A stretch of 64,000 nucleotides of DNA, taken from IMG/VR virus record IMGVR_UViG_3300017989_005036, positions 11,421-75,420 of that record; one strand, given 5' to 3'. Positions 59,951-64,000 of this stretch are shown here, in pieces. The notes under the pieces were generated by a model. The model saw only the letters and a list, made by a program, of their open reading frames with translations. It searched no databases and had not been told where the DNA came from. Source of the stretch: a virus. Position numbers and translations under genes: made by a program. Positions within the stretch are counted from its first letter, which is position 1. The number at the start of each line of letters is the position of its first letter.

Positions 59951-60641
59951 AGTTTTCACCTTCTGGGATGGCGAATTCTGAGGATTCACCATATGTTGGA
60001 GAAATATGATTTACAGCCAAAGGTTTTTCTATTTCGTTAACATAGGTTACATCACCTTCTTCATTGATCTTGAATCTAAAAGCTGTAATTTCTTCACCTG
60101 TACTAATAAACTCAGAATGAGTCAGGGCAATAGTTTCGACTTGCGGGTTTAGTTTTTGCAAGTGAATTTTAACCTTTGTAGGATTGCCATCTGTTTTTCT
60201 GTACATGTGAGTGTTGACAACGTATTCCCCCGGAATAATACCTCTGATTGTGACAATTTCTTGGTTTTCCTGTATTTCGATTATGTTACCAAACACATCT
60301 TTTACACGATCATTTCTTTTCCCAAGGTCATCTCTGTCAAGATGCATCAATCCTTCTTCTCGTCGCCTGAAGAAGACAAGGTTTCCCATAGGATCTTCTG
60401 CATATGTGTCAACATCATCACCGCTTTCTTTTGGCCATGATACTGTGATCATAAATTCTGCTTTGGCGTCAATCTTTTTGGATTTTTCAATCTTGATTCT
60501 CATTGCCACAAACGCCAATATAAACATGCCTATGAAAGCTAAAAGCATATTCATGGTGATGTCAACTTGAGATGTTGTTGAACCGTATTCTCTTCGTCCA
60601 CCTTTACACTTCATTTTCCAGCTCCCTGATAGCTTGGCCAA
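59943..60641 (-). CDS. single-TM partner protein (MotB/ExbD-like TM Asp; beta-sandwich domain)
   Basis: VDITMNMLL TM, W....DDVD, LDRDDLG, PGEYVVN.H.Y. Confidence 0.55.
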   Translation of the reverse strand: MAKLSGSWKMKCKGGRREYGSTTSQVDITMNMLLAFIGMFILAFVAMRIKIEKSKKIDAKAEFMITVSWPKESGDDVDTYAEDPMGNLVFFRRREEGLMHLDRDDLGKRNDRVKDVFGNIIEIQENQEIVTIRGIIPGEYVVNTHMYRKTDGNPTKVKIHLQKLNPQVETIALTHSEFISTGEEITAFRFKINEEGDVTYVNEIEKPLAVNHISPTYGESSEFAIPEGENYE

Positions 60642-61125
60642 GGTTATAATACTGATACGACAAAAGATGACTACAAATTAAACCAACTAAGGTTGTGTAA
60701 AGAGCGGTAGCCATTCCGGCACCAAGGCTGACAATCAGAGCTTGAAGCGATTTAAGTTGACTTGGATCAATGTTGGCAAATCCTGCCAACATAATGATAA
60801 ATCCAATAAGGGTTCCAACATATCCGATTTGTTCAAACTTAGAACATGCAAACCAACCATGTTCTTCTTGTTTGATTGCTTTTTCTAATCGTTTGCCCTC
60901 TTGGGCAAAATATGGTTTGGAGTTTAAGGCTTTACTGACTGTGAAGGTTATTTTTCCACACCAGATAGACATGAAAGCAAACCCTGCCATGATTACAAAG
61001 CTAAGTTTGCTGGAGTCTTTTTTGTAAATTTCTTCGAAGATGCCGAGCTGATAGGCAATGTAAATTCCAGCACATGTAGCAGCGAAGTAAAGCCACCACT
61101 TAAGAAACAATGCGTGTTTGACCAT
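60604..61125 (-). CDS. MotA/TolQ/ExbB proton-channel family
   Basis: IGYVGTLIGF, GMATALYTTLVGL. Confidence 0.8.
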   Translation of the reverse strand: MVKHALFLKWWLYFAATCAGIYIAYQLGIFEEIYKKDSSKLSFVIMAGFAFMSIWCGKITFTVSKALNSKPYFAQEGKRLEKAIKQEEHGWFACSKFEQIGYVGTLIGFIIMLAGFANIDPSQLKSLQALIVSLGAGMATALYTTLVGLICSHLLSYQYYNLGQAIRELENEV

Positions 61126-61167
61126 ATAAATCTTCCTTTCGCTAATAATATGTTAGTGAAAGAAAGA

Positions 61168-61845
61168 TTATTTTTTACGCTGACGTTGCCTTTTGATCTT
61201 AGCTTGAAGTTTTCCTTTGCCAACTTCTGTGATCACTTTGAAGTCCCATCCTACGTTTTCTGTGTAGTTTTTCGCAGCAGCCCATTTTGCGTTATTTACT
61301 TCATAGTGAGTTTGACTAGCAGGTTTGATTTCCCATATTTCAATGCTATTGTCAATGTAATGAATTTTTATATCTGGAATGTAATTGTGCCATCCACCTT
61401 TAAAATGATATGGAATCTTAAAAGGTTCAGCATAATATGCAGCGACATCAGCATCTTCTTCTAACAAGCTGTAAATGTCTCTTTCGTAACCAGATCGGTA
61501 GTAAAACAAAGCTCCATTCATTTTTTTTGACTCAAAGTAACCTTTTTGAAAAGTAGGTTTTTTGGTCTTTTTCTTTTTGCCACCGGGTGCGAAATCTTTC
61601 CAAACAGCAACTGTTTGTTGAGTGTTTTTGGGCATCGCTCGTTTGGGGTGCTTAATCCGATAATGCGATTTGAGATCTCTCACAGGGGCTTTGCAGGAAG
61701 GGCAAGAAATGTATTCTCGACCCTCCTCGTGCTCTGTGATGATATGGTTTTTGTAATCTTGGAATTCAGTATACTGCTTTCCACATACAAAACATTGCCA
61801 TTTTCTTTTTTGCTGTTTTCCAGCATCTTCAAATAATCTTGACAT
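61168..61845 (-). CDS. C2H2 zinc fingers + TnsA/gp4-like PD-(D/E)XK endonuclease
   Basis: CFVC..H...H, CPSC..H...H; YRSGYE, EP..IPY, YIPD, EIKP, KW.AA. Confidence 0.8.
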   Translation of the reverse strand: MSRLFEDAGKQQKRKWQCFVCGKQYTEFQDYKNHIITEHEEGREYISCPSCKAPVRDLKSHYRIKHPKRAMPKNTQQTVAVWKDFAPGGKKKKTKKPTFQKGYFESKKMNGALFYYRSGYERDIYSLLEEDADVAAYYAEPFKIPYHFKGGWHNYIPDIKIHYIDNSIEIWEIKPASQTHYEVNNAKWAAAKNYTENVGWDFKVITEVGKGKLQAKIKRQRQRKK

Positions 61846-62734
61846 ATTAGCTTGAACAATCGTCCAGACCCTTGAGGGCATCGAGAGTTTCTTTGAGTTT
61901 GGCATCCAGCTCCAAAGTCACAATCTCTACCAATTCGTACAGGTCTTTTACGACACTATCACGTTCTGTAAATGGAAGCGGCCCATCTTCAACGGTAACA
62001 TAAGATGCTCCATCTTTTTTGACATCAAGTGTGTATTTGTAAGTCAGATTGCCAATTTGTGTTTTGGTGATAAAAGTTGACCAAGTCGAACCACCAGCAG
62101 AACCTTCTGCTGAGAATTGGGTTCCTCCAAGGTGTGCCCAGCTCATGCCGCAACTTTTTGTTTTTTCGATAATTTCACGCACAAGTGCTTCGTGATATAA
62201 ATCCTGTAATTCTAAGAGGCTATTAGGCATTTAATCTCTCTCCTTAGTGTATATGAAGTTTGGAGCTTCGTCTGGGTCTTTGTTTTTACCCAACATAGAG
62301 TCTAAATTGAACATGTTGACTTGAGGAGAGTCTAATTCACCCACTGATTTTCTAAGCTTGTCATACGCTTCTTCTCTGTCAATGACATTAATATTTTTAA
62401 CCCCTTCTTTGTCAAAGACATGATGGGCGTTTTGGCCACTCAGCAGTTTATTCAGATTATAAGCTGAAAAGTTTGCTTCATCTTCCCATCCACTGGGAAG
62501 TTCATCATCTGGGTTTTTAAGCTTTGCAAAAACAACTCGACTATCTTCTCCTGCTCCAAAGATTTCTTTGTCTTTTTCGAAGAAAAGAATTAGTCCTAAT
62601 CCATCTAATAGGGTGGTAAGCTTGTCATTTGCGACTTCTTCGTCCCATCTATCGATAAGCTCTCGGAAATTTGAAAAACGTGGTGAATCCAAAACATACC
62701 TCATTTTGTTCTTTTGACAGTATATACATATGAT

Positions 62735-63253
62735 ATGATCAGTTTTCGTGAATTTGTAGAACAAGAATCCGCCCCAGTGATGGGCAGTGGAAGCACACAG
62801 CCTCCTAATCCAGATCAAGGTACGCATGATGATTTAAGGGTTATGAGTAAAGAATTGGATATCAGCCCGGAAGAACAGGCAGCGGCTGATATGGCCACGA
62901 CATTTACTCTTTATCAGCCTTTGGAATTCAAAAGCACATTGAGTGGCAAAAACTTTAAGGTCATGCCGCCCACAGAAGTTGCTTTTGAAAAAATCAATGA
63001 CGAATCTTACAAATTGAAAGTATTTGCTGGTTCTGGAGGCACAAACAGGCAAAAAGTTCAGGATATGAATGGGAATGATTATCGAGGTGAGCTTGAAGAC
63101 TTGGAAAGAGTCATTGGAAGAGGTCATTTTGAAAAACTGAAAGCTCATTCACTGAAAGCTATGGCTTCTGGAGGAGGAATGGGAGCTGATCCAATGGGTG
63201 GTATGATGGTAGGCCCACCAATGGGCGGTGCACCTCCAATGGGGATGATGTAA
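62735..63253 (+). CDS. hypothetical protein with MISFREFVE N-terminus, Gly/Met/Pro tail
   Basis: ORF; TATATA upstream. Confidence 0.6.
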   Translation: MISFREFVEQESAPVMGSGSTQPPNPDQGTHDDLRVMSKELDISPEEQAAADMATTFTLYQPLEFKSTLSGKNFKVMPPTEVAFEKINDESYKLKVFAGSGGTNRQKVQDMNGNDYRGELEDLERVIGRGHFEKLKAHSLKAMASGGGMGADPMGGMMVGPPMGGAPPMGMM

Positions 63254-63465
63254 TGATAACATTTAAAAAATTCTTAGAAGCTAAAGCTTGTTGCTCAAAT
63301 TGTGAAAAAGGCGATACAGATCTTTGTTTAAAGCCTTCAAAAAAGAAAAGCGAGATTAAGGGTGGATTTAATAAAAATCAAGCTGCAATACTGGGAATGA
63401 TTGGTTTTCCAAAGCAGGGACAAAGTCAAAAACAGGCTATTTTGAATCAGATAGGTCGTAAATGA
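63253..63465 (+). CDS. small protein, MITFKKFLE N-terminus
   Basis: coupled ORF. Confidence 0.55.
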   Translation: MITFKKFLEAKACCSNCEKGDTDLCLKPSKKKSEIKGGFNKNQAAILGMIGFPKQGQSQKQAILNQIGRK

Positions 63466-63677
63466 AAAATCAATTACTTGACATGGTAACTTTTGATGAG
63501 TGGAAACAACTTAGAGAAACTTCCACGACAACTGCGGATGTAGCGGGATTTCAGAGAATTGCTATTCCTTTGGTTCGAAGACTTTTTCCACCGCAAATCA
63601 CATTTGAAACTAAGAAGAAAAAGAAAGAACCACGTTGGCAACCGCAAGTTAAAGAGTCAAATGGAGACATTAATTAA
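63462..63677 (+). CDS. small protein, TFDEWKQLRE motif
   Basis: coupled ORF. Confidence 0.55.
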   Translation: MKNQLLDMVTFDEWKQLRETSTTTADVAGFQRIAIPLVRRLFPPQITFETKKKKKEPRWQPQVKESNGDIN

Positions 63678-63855
63678 CTTTTATTTGATGTTGTAAACCA
63701 ATTCAGAAGGCTCTCTAAAAGTAAAACCAAAGAAGATATAGCAGATGACATTGTGTTTAAAATGCATTCAGTGGGAGGTTTACAACAGTTTCAAAAATCT
63801 TGAACAAAATTAGAAAAACTACCCCAAAAATGCAAAGTAAATGCATAGATAAAGT

Positions 63856-64000
63856 ATGGGAAAAGAAAAAGCAACTAAAGATGTAAATTTAAGAATCCAA
63901 CCTTCACTTTATCAAAAGTTTACTGAAGCTTGTGATAAAAACTACAAAAAGAAAAGTGAAGTCATTCGTGAATTGATGTTAAGATACATTGAGGAGAATA
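63856..64000 (+). CDS. ribbon-helix-helix DNA-binding protein (runs off window)
   Basis: MGKEKATKDVNLRIQPSLYQKFTEACDKNYKKKSEVIRELMLRYIEE. Confidence 0.7.
   Translation, partial: MGKEKATKDVNLRIQPSLYQKFTEACDKNYKKKSEVIRELMLRYIEEN

Noticed and set aside
1-64000. Alternative genetic code or cellular origin
   Set aside because: Long conserved genes are intact in code 11 and use all three stops; T4-like gene content, small-ORF density and scattered single metabolic genes argue for a phage.

Overview
This AT-rich, gene-dense 64 kb window reads as part of a large (jumbo/huge) tailed-phage genome in the standard genetic code, not a cellular chromosome. It has a T4-like replication and recombination set: gp32-like SSB, RecA/UvsX, UvsY, UvsW-like helicase, DnaB/gp41-like helicase, dNMP kinase, gp19-like tube paralog and gp4/TnsA-like nuclease. 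It also encodes an unusual short family-A DNA polymerase, a sigma-like protein, UvrD and Hel308-like helicases, auxiliary metabolic genes (pyrB, glpX, amidinotransferase, carbamoyltransferase, CinA, thioredoxin, sulfotransferase), a PspA/AAA/lipoprotein membrane cluster, a MotA/TolQ-like cluster, and an IS200/IS605 (tnpA+tnpB+cargo) element that splits an RNA ligase gene. Five observations stand out. (1) A minimal ~235-nt RNase P RNA with almost no specificity domain lies near Thg1-like, RNA ligase and kinase/phosphatase genes, suggesting a tRNA end-processing and repair toolkit. (2) At least seven unrelated small proteins end in the same C-terminal motif, W-x(1-2)-[EDQ]-G-F-stop. (3) About ten proteins carry an F-x-x-[FW] motif at or near the N-terminus resembling the T4 capsid-targeting sequence. 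(4) A ~390-nt structured ncRNA candidate with its own promoter and terminator sits directly upstream of an apparently thumb-less PolA. (5) A PspA (ESCRT-III-like) plus AAA ATPase module is present. All calls come from reading motifs by eye; no searches were run.
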